This document shows positions 21,011-31,038 of a stretch of 64,000 nucleotides of DNA, in pieces. The DNA lies in the NCBI GenBank assembly GCA_963664435.2, contig CAXXKM010000002.1, forward strand, positions 736,001 to 800,000. The letters are read 5' to 3'. The notes beneath the pieces were generated by a model. That model was not told the origin of the DNA. It saw nothing but the letters and a program-made list of their open reading frames with translations, and made no database searches. Origin of the DNA: Longimicrobiales bacterium. Lineage in GTDB: Bacteria; Gemmatimonadota; Gemmatimonadetes; Longimicrobiales; Gaopeijiaceae. Positions within the stretch are counted from its first letter, which is position 1. The number at the start of each line of letters is the position of its first letter. The translations under genes and the position numbers were made by a program.

Positions 21011-23440
21011 ATGCGGTCGCCAGCAGCGCATCCGACACGACTCGGGATGTCGTCTTTCTTTCTGATTCTGGCCCCCGTCCTTGCGACTCTGGTCCCGATC
21101 CCCGGCGTCGCGCAGGAGGCGCCGCGCGCGCTCACCGCGGAGGACTATGCCCGGGCGGAGCGATACCTCGGGCAGCACATGAACCCGCTGGTGTTCAACG
21201 GCGCGGTCGACCCCAACTGGATGGCCGACGGGCGCTTCTGGTACCGGAACCGGACCCCGCGGGGCAGCGAGTACCTGATGGTCGATCCGGGCGCCGGCAC
21301 GCGCGAGCCAGCCTTCGACCACGAGCGGATGGCGAACGCGCTGTCGGCGGTGGCCGGTGCGGGCGCGACGGCGGAGGGCCTGCCGGGCGGGCAGTTCATC
21401 CCGGAGGCGGCGGTGGTTCTCTTCGCCCCCGAGGGTGAGGGGTTCCAGGAAGAGGGGCGCGCCTTCCGCTGCCGGTCCATCGACTACCGCTGCGAGGAGC
21501 TGGAGGGCTCCCCGGAGCAGCGCAGGGCCAACTACATGGCGATCTCCATGGGTTTCGAGGCGGCCTTCCGCCGCTCCGCCGGCGTCGTCTCGCCGGATCA
21601 GGCCCGGGAAGCCTTCATCCGCGACCACAACCTCTGGGTGCGCGAGACGCAGACCGGGGCGGAGACGCAGTTGACCTTCGACGGCGAGGAGGACTTCGGC
21701 TACGCGACCAACAACGCGGGCTGGGTCCGCAGCGCCCGGCCCGTGCTGCGCTGGTCTCCGGACAGCCGCAGGATCGCCACGTTCCAGCACGACGCGCGCG
21801 GCGTGGGGATGATGTACATGGTGAACACCCAGGTGGGCCATCCGGAGCTGGACGCCTGGCGCTATCCCCTGCCCGAGGACTCCGTGATCTTCCGCATCCA
21901 CCGCGTGGTGCTGGATCCGGACGCGCCCGCCGGCTCGCGCATGGTGCGCTTCGACATGCCTCCGGACCAGCACCGCTCGACGGTGTGCGACCACGTCGCC
22001 TGCGGAGGCACCTTCGCCGACGTGGAGTGGAGCGACGACGCCACCCAGGTGGCCTTCGTGTCGAGTTCGCGTGACCACAAGGTGGCCACGCTGCGGGTGG
22101 CCGACGCCCGCACGGGCGCGGTGCGCGACGTCCTGGAAGAGCGGGTCGAGACCTTCTTCGAGTCCGGAGACGGGTCGCACAACTGGCGCGTCCTCGAGGA
22201 GAGCGGCGAGGTCATCTGGTTCTCGCGGCGCGACAACTGGAGTCATCTCTACCTGTACGACCTGGAGTCGGGCGGCCTGAAGCGGCAGATCACCTCCGGG
22301 GAGTGGAACGTCCTGGAGGTGCTCGAGGTCGACACCGACGCGCGCACCGTGCTCTTCATCGGCAACGAGCGCGAGGACGGGGATCCCTACTTCCGCTACC
22401 TGTACCAGGTCGGGCTGGACGGCGGCGATGTGCGGCTGCTCACCCCGGACAGCGCGGACCACTCCATCTCGCGCTCCCCCGGCGGCGAGTACTTCGTCGA
22501 CAGCTGGTCTACCCCCGTGACCCCGCCCGTAAGCGTCGTGCGCGACATGAGCGGGCAGGTGTTGCTGGAGCTTGAGCGCGCGGACATCTCCGCCCTGGAG
22601 GCGGCCGGCTGGCAGGCTCCCATCCCCTTCGAAGTAAAGGCGCGCGACGGCGTGACCGACCTCTACGGGCTCATGTTCCGCCCATCGAACTTCGACCCGT
22701 CGATGCAGTACCCGATCGTCAACTACCTGTATCCGGGTCCTCAGAGCGGCAGCGTCGGAAGCCGCAGCTTCCGCACCGCGCACCGGGATCTCCAGGCGAT
22801 CGCGGAGCTGGGATTCGTGGTCGTCGAACTCGACGCCATGGGCACCCCCATGCGCTCGCGGGCCTTCCACGAAGCGTACTACGGCAACATGGGCGACAAC
22901 GGCCTCCCCGATCAGATCACGGGAATCCAGCAGCTCGCCGAGCGGCACGAATGGATGGACACCGACCGGGTCGGCATCTTCGGGCACTCGGGCGGCGGCT
23001 TCGCGTCGACGGCCGGCATCCTGCGCTACCCCGGGTTCTACAAGGTGGCGGTGTCACAGGCGGGCAACCACGACAACCGCAACTACGAAGACGACTGGGG
23101 CGAGAAGTGGCAGGGGCTGCTGGAGGAGTACGACGACGGCACCACCAACTACGACAACCAGGCCAACCAGCTGGTGGCTGAGAACCTCGAGGGCAAGCTG
23201 CTCATCGCGCACGGCACCATGGACACCAACGTGCCGCACTCGAACACCATGCTGGTGGTGGACGCGCTCATCGCCGCGAACAAGGACTTCGACCTGGTGC
23301 TTTTCCCGAATCGGGGGCACGGCTTCGGCAACGAGCCCTACATGATGCGCAAGCGCTGGGACTACTTCGTCCGCCATCTCATGGGCGCGGAGCCGCCGGC
23401 GAACTACGAGTTCGGGCAGCTGCGGCGTCCGGTCGGATGA
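21011..23440 (+). CDS. S9B dipeptidyl peptidase IV family protein
   Basis: Signal peptide, DPPIV N-terminal propeller (RQITSGEW), YPGPQ, GHSGGG nucleophile, HGTMDTNV, GHG. Start at 21011 or 21047. Confidence 0.92.
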   Translation: MRSPAAHPTRLGMSSFFLILAPVLATLVPIPGVAQEAPRALTAEDYARAERYLGQHMNPLVFNGAVDPNWMADGRFWYRNRTPRGSEYLMVDPGAGTREPAFDHERMANALSAVAGAGATAEGLPGGQFIPEAAVVLFAPEGEGFQEEGRAFRCRSIDYRCEELEGSPEQRRANYMAISMGFEAAFRRSAGVVSPDQAREAFIRDHNLWVRETQTGAETQLTFDGEEDFGYATNNAGWVRSARPVLRWSPDSRRIATFQHDARGVGMMYMVNTQVGHPELDAWRYPLPEDSVIFRIHRVVLDPDAPAGSRMVRFDMPPDQHRSTVCDHVACGGTFADVEWSDDATQVAFVSSSRDHKVATLRVADARTGAVRDVLEERVETFFESGDGSHNWRVLEESGEVIWFSRRDNWSHLYLYDLESGGLKRQITSGEWNVLEVLEVDTDARTVLFIGNEREDGDPYFRYLYQVGLDGGDVRLLTPDSADHSISRSPGGEYFVDSWSTPVTPPVSVVRDMSGQVLLELERADISALEAAGWQAPIPFEVKARDGVTDLYGLMFRPSNFDPSMQYPIVNYLYPGPQSGSVGSRSFRTAHRDLQAIAELGFVVVELDAMGTPMRSRAFHEAYYGNMGDNGLPDQITGIQQLAERHEWMDTDRVGIFGHSGGGFASTAGILRYPGFYKVAVSQAGNHDNRNYEDDWGEKWQGLLEEYDDGTTNYDNQANQLVAENLEGKLLIAHGTMDTNVPHSNTMLVVDALIAANKDFDLVLFPNRGHGFGNEPYMMRKRWDYFVRHLMGAEPPANYEFGQLRRPVG

Positions 23441-23607
23441 GCGAGGCCCTCAGAAGGCCAGCATCTGCGTGTCGGGCAGCTCCAGCTGCGCCGAGGTGCG
23501 CGTGACCCCGGCTGAGAAATTGAACCTGTAGGACGGTTTCAGCGTGAGGTTGAACCGGCCGCTCCGCCGGGCTCCGGCGGCTGCAGCGACCGCGGTCCGG
23601 GGCGGGT

Positions 23608-24150
23608 CTACCTGCCAGCCGCCGTCGCGGCCGCCAGCACGTCGCCCACCGCCTGCACGATGTCCTGCTGCGGGCCGATGCCGGTGTAGGCGACCTCACC
23701 CTCCGCGTCCAGGATGACCACGTAGGCGGTCGCGGGCGCCAGGAAGGCGCGCGTGGCGTTGCCGCGGGTGTCCCACAGCATCGGGAAGGGGATGGCGTGC
23801 CGCTCCAGGTGCCGGCGCACGGCGCGCCGGGTCTGGGCCACCGCGACCGCGACCGCGAGGAATCCTACCTCGTCGCCGTAGCGTTCGAAGGCGGCGTCCA
23901 TGCTCGGCTGCAGCGCCTCGCACTGCTCGCACCAGCTGGCCCAGAACTCGAGCAGAAGGGGCCGCTCGCCGACGTAGTCCGCCAGGTCGACCGGTTCCCC
24001 GTCGAGGTTCTCGATGGTGGGGGGATCCGGCGTCTCGCCCACGGCGATGCCGATCTCGCCCCGTTCCTGTGCGGCTGCGCCACTGAAGAGCATCACGGCG
24101 GCGCCGAACGCCGCCACTGTCGCCAGGAGATTCCGTCTGACCGTTTTCAC
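23608..24150 (-). CDS. TlpA-family thiol-disulfide oxidoreductase
   Basis: LLEFWASWCEQC thioredoxin motif and N-terminal signal. GTG start overlaps the ccdA stop. Confidence 0.85.
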   Translation of the reverse strand: MKTVRRNLLATVAAFGAAVMLFSGAAAQERGEIGIAVGETPDPPTIENLDGEPVDLADYVGERPLLLEFWASWCEQCEALQPSMDAAFERYGDEVGFLAVAVAVAQTRRAVRRHLERHAIPFPMLWDTRGNATRAFLAPATAYVVILDAEGEVAYTGIGPQQDIVQAVGDVLAAATAAGR

Positions 24151-24875
24151 ATCACCAGTCCCGTTTGAATCAGGTAGTATTCCGCCACGCCCAGCATAAT
24201 GATACCCGCCGCCTTCTTGATCCATACCATCCAGGCCCCCGACTTCGGCAGCCAGGCAGCGGTGCCCGAGAAGAGCCCGACCGCGACCAGCAGCGAGGTC
24301 ATCCCCAGCGAGAACACGAAGAGATAGAGGAACCCCATGGCGCCCGCCTGGGTCGCCGCAACCCAGGTGAGGACCACGGCGAAGGCGGGGGCGCCGCAGG
24401 GCGCGGCCACGATGCCGGAGGTGGCGCCCAGCAGGAAGACGGCCGGGTAGGATCCGCCGCCCAGCCCGCCGGCCCAATGCAGCAGACGCTTGGGCGCGCT
24501 CACCGGAATCACGTCCAGCATGGCCAGCGCGAAGATGATGAGCAGGTTGGCGGTGGCGAACCGCACCCACGGGTTCGCGCTGATCGTGCCGAACAGCGTG
24601 CCGCTCAGCCCCGCGAGCAGGCCGAGCAGGGCGTAGAACATCGCCAGCCCCGTCACGTACGTGAGCGTCAGCCCGACGATGCGCGCGCGCGGCGCCTTGT
24701 CCCTGGAGGCACCGGCGATGACCGACGCGGTGATGGGGATCATCGGGTAGACGCACGGCGTCAGGCTGGTGAGGACGCCGGCCCAGAAGAGCAGCCCCAT
24801 CGCCAGGAGAGGGCTCGCGCTCAGGCTCTCGGAGATCCCTCCGATCTGTGCGGCGGCGGTCCACATGGAAGACAC
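24147..24875 (-). CDS. ccdA: Cytochrome c biogenesis CcdA/DsbD transmembrane protein
   Basis: SLTPCVYPMIP and AAPCGAP cysteines, multiple TM helices, LPKSGAWM. Confidence 0.88.
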   Translation of the reverse strand: MSSMWTAAAQIGGISESLSASPLLAMGLLFWAGVLTSLTPCVYPMIPITASVIAGASRDKAPRARIVGLTLTYVTGLAMFYALLGLLAGLSGTLFGTISANPWVRFATANLLIIFALAMLDVIPVSAPKRLLHWAGGLGGGSYPAVFLLGATSGIVAAPCGAPAFAVVLTWVAATQAGAMGFLYLFVFSLGMTSLLVAVGLFSGTAAWLPKSGAWMVWIKKAAGIIMLGVAEYYLIQTGLVM

Positions 24876-24899
24876 CTCCCGGCGGTCCCGTGCGCTGGT

Positions 24900-26189
24900 C
24901 TAGGAGCCCGGCCGGGACAGCACGCCGGCGGGGTCGAAGCTGTCCACGATGCCGCGCGTGAGCGCGAGGACGCCCGGGGCGGTCGCGGGTTCGGGCGCCG
25001 GCCACCGCGGGATGTTCGCGCGGGAGACGCGGAAGGTGGCGCCGGCCTTCACGACGCGTTCGCGCAGGCGGGCGAGCCGGTCGGAGACGGCGGTGCGGTC
25101 GTCGCCCCCGGCCGTACCCGCCGCTACCCGCACCACCCCCAGCGACACGTGCGCCGCCACCGTACCGCACTCCACGCCCGGCTCCGCCAGGTCGCCCAGG
25201 CGCGAGGGCAGGTGGCTGACGCGCGCCACCGCGGCCGCGTTGTCCTCGAAGCGCTCCAGCGCCGCGAACCAGCGCGAGGACGCCTCGCCCTTCAGGCGGT
25301 GGCTGGCCTCCCGGCCGACGCGCACGTTGAGGATGTGCTCGGATTCCTCCACCGCCTCCGGGGAGCCGAGCAGGCGCACGGCGACGGTCGGTTCCTCGCC
25401 GTGGCCCGCTAGCAGTTCCAGCGCCGGGATGCGCACCGGCGCGGTCGCCAGCGAGCGCGCCAGCACCACGGCCAGCGCCAGCCGGGGGGTCTGGTACAGA
25501 AGAGTCACGTCCTGCACCGGCAGCGGGTGCAGGCGCACCGTGGCGGAGGTCACGATCCCGAGCTGACCGCCGCTCCCCACGGCGACCTTCACCAGGTCGT
25601 AGCCGGCGACGTTCTTGACCACCCGGCCGCCCAGCTCGAGCACGCGCCCGTCTCCGGTGACCAGCGTCAGCCCGAGCACGTGGTCGCGGGGTGTGCCGAA
25701 CTTCCCCTGCAGCGGCCCGTAGGCCCCGCTCGCCAGCACGCCCCCGAGGCTGCGCCGTGCCCGCCGCGGGGGGTCGAGGGGGAGCCACTGGCCCTGGTCG
25801 CCGGTCAGCCGTTCCAGCTGCGCGAGGGAGACGCCGGCGTCCGCCGTGAGGGTCAGGTCGGCGGGGTCGTAGGCGTGCACCGTGTCAAGCGCGCGCGTGC
25901 TCAACACCAGGTCCACCGGTCCGTCGAGGTAACCGGGGGGGAGCGAGGTGGCGTTGCCGATGCAGCGCACCTGCCGGCCGTCGCGGGACGCCCGCGTCAT
26001 CAGGGTGCTCAGCTCCTCGACCGTCCGGGGCGCCACCACGGGCGCCCCTCCGGCTGCCTGCCGGCGGTCCACCACGGTTCCGCCGTTCATTCCGGCCGAA
26101 ACGCCGGGGTTCGCCTCCCCGTCCACGCGCTCGGTGCCCGCCTCGTCATCGCGCACCGTCGTCGAGCCGTTCAGCTTCTCCGGGCTCAT
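24900..26189 (-). CDS. FAD-binding oxidoreductase, glycolate oxidase GlcE-like
   Basis: YDPADLTLT..AG, WLPLDPP, GTPRDHVLG, GGRVVKNVAGYDL.K, FDPAGVL. Confidence 0.85.
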   Translation of the reverse strand: MSPEKLNGSTTVRDDEAGTERVDGEANPGVSAGMNGGTVVDRRQAAGGAPVVAPRTVEELSTLMTRASRDGRQVRCIGNATSLPPGYLDGPVDLVLSTRALDTVHAYDPADLTLTADAGVSLAQLERLTGDQGQWLPLDPPRRARRSLGGVLASGAYGPLQGKFGTPRDHVLGLTLVTGDGRVLELGGRVVKNVAGYDLVKVAVGSGGQLGIVTSATVRLHPLPVQDVTLLYQTPRLALAVVLARSLATAPVRIPALELLAGHGEEPTVAVRLLGSPEAVEESEHILNVRVGREASHRLKGEASSRWFAALERFEDNAAAVARVSHLPSRLGDLAEPGVECGTVAAHVSLGVVRVAAGTAGGDDRTAVSDRLARLRERVVKAGATFRVSRANIPRWPAPEPATAPGVLALTRGIVDSFDPAGVLSRPGS

Positions 26190-27706
26190 GCCGTGGCACC
26201 TGCGGGCACCGCCTTGCGGGTCCCATCCGTCCCAACCTCCGCCTGCCCGGCGTCCGCCGGCCCGGCTCCTGGCATGCCCGCGATCGCCGGGTCCGCGCCC
26301 CGGATCCACTCCGGGAGCACCTTGCCCGGGTTGCACACCCCTCGGGGATCGAACACGCGGCGCACCGACTCCATCGCCCGCAGGGTGTCCTCGGAGTGGA
26401 TGAGCGCCATGTAGTCGCGCTTGTCGAGCCCCACGCCATGCTCGCCGGTGATGGTTCCCCCGGCCTCGACGCAGATGCGCATGATCTCCTTCGAGGCCCG
26501 CTCCACCCGCTCCATCTCGGCCTCGTCGCGCCGGTCGAAGAGGATGTTGGGGTGCAGGTTTCCGTCTCCGGCGTGGAAGACGTTGGCGACCCGCAGGTCG
26601 TAGCGTTCCCCGATGCCCGCGATCTTCGCCAACACGTCCGGGAGCTGCGTGCGCGGGACGGTGGCGTCCTGCACAAGCAGGTCCGGGGCGATCCTGCCCA
26701 TGGCGCCGAAGGCCTTCTTCCTTCCCTTCCACAGGGCCGCGCGCGCATCCGCCGAAGTGGCCCTGCGCACCTCGCGCGCGCCCCACTCCAGGCACGCGGC
26801 CTCCGCGCGCGCGCCCTCCGCCCCCAGACCCGCCTCGATGCCGTCGAACTCCACTACCAGCGCGGCCGCCGCGTCCGTCGGGTAGCCGGCCGCGAAGATG
26901 CTCTCTTCCACGGCCCGGATGGTGGCCTGGTCGATGATTTCGAGCGCCGCGGGGAGCAGCCCGTGGGCGATGATCGCGGTCACGGCGCGCCCCGCGTCCT
27001 CCAGCCGCTCGAAGATGCCGAGCAGGGTGTGCGTCGCCTGCGGCAGCGGGAGCAACTCCACATCGATTTCCACCGCGATGCCGAAGCAGCCCTCCGATCC
27101 CACGAAGAGCCCCGCCAGGTCGAGTTCGCCGGTGTCGAACCCGCGGTCTCCCAGGTACACCCGGCTGCCGTCCGGGAGCACCACGTCCAGCCCCCGGATG
27201 TAGCGGGAGGTGACACCGTACTTGAGGCAGTGGGGCCCGCCCGAGTTCTCGGCGACATTGCCGCCGATGGTGCAGGCGCTCTGCGACGAGGGATCCGGGG
27301 CGTAGTAGAGGCCGTGGGGCCGGGTCGCCGCCGTGAGATGGGCGTTGACGACTCCGGGCTGGACGCGCGCCCGCCGGTTGTGCAGGTCGAGCTCCAGGAT
27401 CCGGTTCATGCGCGCCGTACACACCACCACGGCCCCGTCGACCGCGAGCGCGCCGCCGGAGAGACCCGTCCCCGAGCCGCGGGCCACGAAGGGCACGCCT
27501 GCCTGGGCGATGGCCCGGACCACCCGGGCGGTCTCGTCTCCGTCCCGGGGCAGCACCGCCGCCCGTGGCGGACACCGGTAGGCGGTGAGCCCGTCGGACT
27601 CGTAGACCATCAGCCGGGCGGGGTCGGTGATGACTGCGTCCGCCCCCACGATGCGGACGAGTTCCTCGGCCAGCTCGGCGGCCAGGCGCGGTACTTTGGT
27701 GATCAC
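26186..27706 (-). CDS. glcD: FAD-linked oxidase, glycolate oxidase GlcD-like
   Basis: RGSGTGLSGGA, YAPDPSS, ENSGGPHCLKYG, FHAGDGNLHP, TGEHGVG, FDP...NPGK. Confidence 0.88.
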   Translation of the reverse strand: MITKVPRLAAELAEELVRIVGADAVITDPARLMVYESDGLTAYRCPPRAAVLPRDGDETARVVRAIAQAGVPFVARGSGTGLSGGALAVDGAVVVCTARMNRILELDLHNRRARVQPGVVNAHLTAATRPHGLYYAPDPSSQSACTIGGNVAENSGGPHCLKYGVTSRYIRGLDVVLPDGSRVYLGDRGFDTGELDLAGLFVGSEGCFGIAVEIDVELLPLPQATHTLLGIFERLEDAGRAVTAIIAHGLLPAALEIIDQATIRAVEESIFAAGYPTDAAAALVVEFDGIEAGLGAEGARAEAACLEWGAREVRRATSADARAALWKGRKKAFGAMGRIAPDLLVQDATVPRTQLPDVLAKIAGIGERYDLRVANVFHAGDGNLHPNILFDRRDEAEMERVERASKEIMRICVEAGGTITGEHGVGLDKRDYMALIHSEDTLRAMESVRRVFDPRGVCNPGKVLPEWIRGADPAIAGMPGAGPADAGQAEVGTDGTRKAVPAGATA

Positions 27707-27787
27707 GGCGTGGCTCCCGGTGAAGGAGAAGCGCGCGTCCGGCGGTAGTGTGCGGCCGCCGGTAACGCGCGCCGCGCTAACGAAATA

Positions 27788-28525
27788 CTACCCTTCGGCA
27801 GCCCGATAGTCGAGCATGGCCGCGATGCTCGCCTCGGCGGCGTCGCGCAGCAGGGGCGGCAGCTCATCTCCGTAGATGGTCGTCACCAGTTGCGCCGGCG
27901 TGGCGTCGGGGTGATTGCGCCGGGCCAGCTCCGCCTGCTCGATGCGCGCGAGGCGGTGTTCCCGATAGGCCGCGAGCGCGCTGGGCACTTCCTCCAGGGG
28001 AGGCCCGTGCGCCGGATGGATCACGCTGAGCCCGAGCGCCTCGACCCGTTCCAGCGACGCCAGATAATCGCGTACGCAGCCGCGATACTCCCCCACCCAG
28101 GTCGTGCTGCCCTCGCCGAGCATCAGGTCGCCCGCGAAGAGCGCCCGGGCGCGCGGCCAGTGAAAGGACAGGTGCCCGGCGCAGTGCCCCGGCGTATCCA
28201 CGGCGACCAGCCTGCCCTGGTCGGTCTCCACCGCGTCCCCGTCGGCGAGAGGGCCGTCCGCGCCGCGGCACGGCCCGAGCAGGGGAGCCCCCAGCGCATC
28301 CGCCCGGGCGCGGGCGCAGCCGGAGTGGTCGGCATGATCGTGGGTCACCAGCACGGTGACCCGGCGCGCACCCGCCACCGCGGCGCGGAGCGCGCCCAGG
28401 TGCCCGGGATCGTCAGGGCCCGGATCGATGACCGCTCGCGCTGCGCGCCCCACGATGTACGTCCGGGTCCCGTCCAGGGTGAACGGCCCCGGGTTGGCCG
28501 CTTTGACGACACGTGGCCGGATCAT
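27788..28525 (-). CDS. MBL-fold metallo-hydrolase
   Basis: ANPGPFTLDGT, THDHADH, TPGH, GD, PAHG motifs. Confidence 0.88.
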   Translation of the reverse strand: MIRPRVVKAANPGPFTLDGTRTYIVGRAARAVIDPGPDDPGHLGALRAAVAGARRVTVLVTHDHADHSGCARARADALGAPLLGPCRGADGPLADGDAVETDQGRLVAVDTPGHCAGHLSFHWPRARALFAGDLMLGEGSTTWVGEYRGCVRDYLASLERVEALGLSVIHPAHGPPLEEVPSALAAYREHRLARIEQAELARRNHPDATPAQLVTTIYGDELPPLLRDAAEASIAAMLDYRAAEG

Positions 28526-28609
28526 CGCTCCCGGCGCGCTCCGCCCGGGCGCACGCGCCGGTCGGGAGCAGCCACGGGCGCGGCGGGACCCGGTCCGTGC
28601 CGCGCCGTC

Positions 28610-29077
28610 CTAGCGTTGCTCGTGGACGAACTGTTCGGCGAGCTTGTCGGCGATCATCTGCACGGCCAGCTCGTCGTCCTCGCCGAAAGCCGCCGGAGTG
28701 CGGCTGTCGATGTCGATCTGACCGAAGATCTCCTTGCCCGCCCGGATCAGGACCACGAGCTCGGACTTCACGGCGGGGTTGCAGGAGAGGTAGTTGTCGA
28801 CCTCGCTCACGTCCGGCACGTTCTGGTTCTTCCCGGTCTCGACGGCGGTACCGCACACACCCGTGCCCACGGGAATCTTCGCGTGTTCGGTGCTGGCTCC
28901 GATGTAGTTGTGGAGCCAGAGCTCATCTCCTTCCTCGCCCAGCAGATAAACGCCGACCCAGTCGAAGTTCTCGGTCTTCGAGAGTCCCCGAACCGCGTGA
29001 CGCAGGAGGGCGTCCGACAGATAGCCCTGCTCTCTCAGGCGCTGCAGATCGCCGAGCAACTCAACGGTGTTCACCAT
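28610..29077 (-). CDS. GAF-domain protein (free methionine-R-sulfoxide reductase-like)
   Basis: DWVGVY, IPVG.GVCGTA, VPDV....YLSC....KSELVV, GQIDIDS. Confidence 0.85.
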   Translation of the reverse strand: MVNTVELLGDLQRLREQGYLSDALLRHAVRGLSKTENFDWVGVYLLGEEGDELWLHNYIGASTEHAKIPVGTGVCGTAVETGKNQNVPDVSEVDNYLSCNPAVKSELVVLIRAGKEIFGQIDIDSRTPAAFGEDDELAVQMIADKLAEQFVHEQR

Positions 29078-29236
29078 GTTTTCGATCTTCCCCGTGGTGC
29101 GGAGCCCCGGGCCCCGCCAGTTCCTGGTTTCCCCTGCCGCCCTGACCCACGTCATCCCAAGATGAAAGGTAACGCGATCGAGCGCACGTTACGCACCGGA
29201 GGCCGTCCCCGGCTCCGGTCTCCGTCGTTCCCGGCC

Positions 29237-30297
29237 TCAGCTTCCGGTCCGGTCCTCCTCGGTACCCGGCTCCCGCCGCTCCCCGCCGCCGGCCGTCAGC
29301 GCCTCCGCGAAGTCCGACCCGCTGGGCTCCTGGAACGCCCTCAGCCCGAACTCCGGCAGAATCGCGATCAGATGATCGAAGAGGTCGGCCTGGAGCCCCT
29401 CGTAGTTCGCCCACGCCGTGTCGCTCGAGAAGCAGTAGACCTCGATGGGCACGCCCTGCGGTCCGGGCGCGAGCTGGCGTGCCAGCACCGTCATCTCCTG
29501 GCTGATGCGCGGATTGCCCTTCAGGTAGTTGAACACGTACAGGCGGAACGTTCCCAGGTTGGTCAGGCGCCGGATCTCGGGGATGATGCCGGGGTCGCCC
29601 TCGGCCTTGGCCGCGTTGTAGCTCTCGATCTTGCGGCGCGCCTCGGTCATGTACTCGCGCAGCGTCTCGTAGCGCGACAGGCGGTCGACTTCCCCGTCGC
29701 TCAGGAAGCGCACCGAATTCATGTCGATGCGCAGCGACCGCTTGATGCGGCGCCCCCCGGATTCCGTCATCCCGCGCCAGTTCTTGAAGGACTCACTGAT
29801 GAACTTGTGCGTCGGGATGGTCGAAATGGTCTTGTCCCAGTTCTGGATCTTGACCGTGTGCAGCGCGATCTCGATGACGTCCCCGTCGGTGTTGGCCTGC
29901 GGCATCGAAACCCAGTCGCCGATGCGGATCATGTCGTTGGACATGATCTGGATGCTCGCCACCAGCGACAGGATGGTGTCGCGGAAGATGAGCATGAGAA
30001 CGGCGGTGAGCGCGCCGATCCCGGAGAGGAAGACCAGGGGGCTCTGGTTCGCCAGGATCGCGATGGCGACGACGCCGGCCCCCAGGTAGGCCAGCAGGCT
30101 CGCCCCCTGGAGATAGCCCTTGATCGGCCGCGAGCGCGACTGCTCGAAGGCTTCGACGTAGATGTCGTTGACGGCATCGAGGAAGGCGCTGAACGCCGCC
30201 GCCGTGGCCATCACGATGACGGCCGCCGAAAGCCGGCGCGCCAGCGTCCACGCCAGAATCAGCCCGGCGGGTTCAGTCCCGGCTGCCGCCTCGGCGG
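29237..30297 (-). pseudogene. MscS/YbdG mechanosensitive channel, 3' portion of a gene interrupted by an integrative element
   Basis: GIGALTAVLMLIFRDTILSLVASIQ, IGDWV.MP...DGDV..I.LHTVKIQNWDKT, SF.NWRGM.ESGGRRIKRS, TNLGTFR, FGLRAFQEP. The frame is closed upstream by TAG at 30332-30334 inside the element. Confidence 0.9.
30287..30297. repeat. Left att core direct repeat CGCCTCGGCGG
   Basis: Identical to 39444-39454; 13/14 when extended to TG(C/T)CGCCTCGGCGG. Confidence 0.85.
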
Positions 30298-30514
30298 ATC
30301 GCCTGAGGCCAGAATCACGGCAGAGAATCGTCTAACTACTTACAGGGCTGCACGATCTGCGTTTTCTGTCGTTGGACTGGACACTACTGGACCGTGCCGC
30401 GAAAGCGGGAAAAGCGGACCTGAATGGCGGGAATTGGCCCGCACGGAGGCGGTCCCGTTTCATCAAGCTCTCGACGAATGTCTCTTGAGATCCGGTGGCC
30501 CATTAGGAACATAA

Positions 30515-30582
30515 CCTCCGTCTTCCCGTCGGGACCGCCTCCCGATGGGAAGACGGGGGGAACCGCCGAGGCTTCGGCGGTT
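30515..30582 (+). other. Two tandem strong hairpins (candidate structured RNA or regulatory element)
   Basis: 20-bp stem 30515-30534/30540-30559 with two G-U pairs, then a perfect 9-bp stem AACCGCCGA/TCGGCGGTT at 30561-30582. Confidence 0.55.
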
Positions 30583-31038
30583 GCAAGCGCAAGGTGCGCG
30601 CCCTACGCCTCCCTGGCAATGACGCCGGATCGTCCTCACCACGTTCCCGCACCTACGCGATAGGCTTCGTGCCAGCAGTCCGGCCAGCCACGGATCCGTG
30701 ATCTCGGGGCGTCGGCCTGCCGGCAGGCCGACGCGCTTCGCTTGCCCACCCTCGTTCGGGCGCCGGGAGACCCGCCATCCGAACGCGGGTCCGATTTCGG
30801 CCGCTGCTCTCCGCACGGGAGAGGCAAACCACATCAGAGACACCATCAACCCCAAGAACCAACCGTCCGTGAAGCGGGGCAGGTCCATGGTGCACTGATC
30901 CATTACATTGGTGTCCCACGGATACCGACTCGTTGCGGCGGGCGCTGCGGTTGTCCCCGTGGCGGTTTTCGTGTATCGGCGGTCCGAGCGCACTCCCGAC
31001 ACACCCGAATTCAAGCCCGCGAGGGAGAGGTTGACACA

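Noticed and set aside
20525..22987. 820-aa minus-strand protein
   Set aside because: Only the last 95 aa look real (DUF1971-like); the rest is antisense to the DPP IV gene.
23608..27575. Long 726-aa and 891-aa ORFs as fusion proteins
   Set aside because: Their N-terminal parts are off-frame read-through over ccdA, glcE-like and glcD genes; the real starts are at 24150 and 26189.
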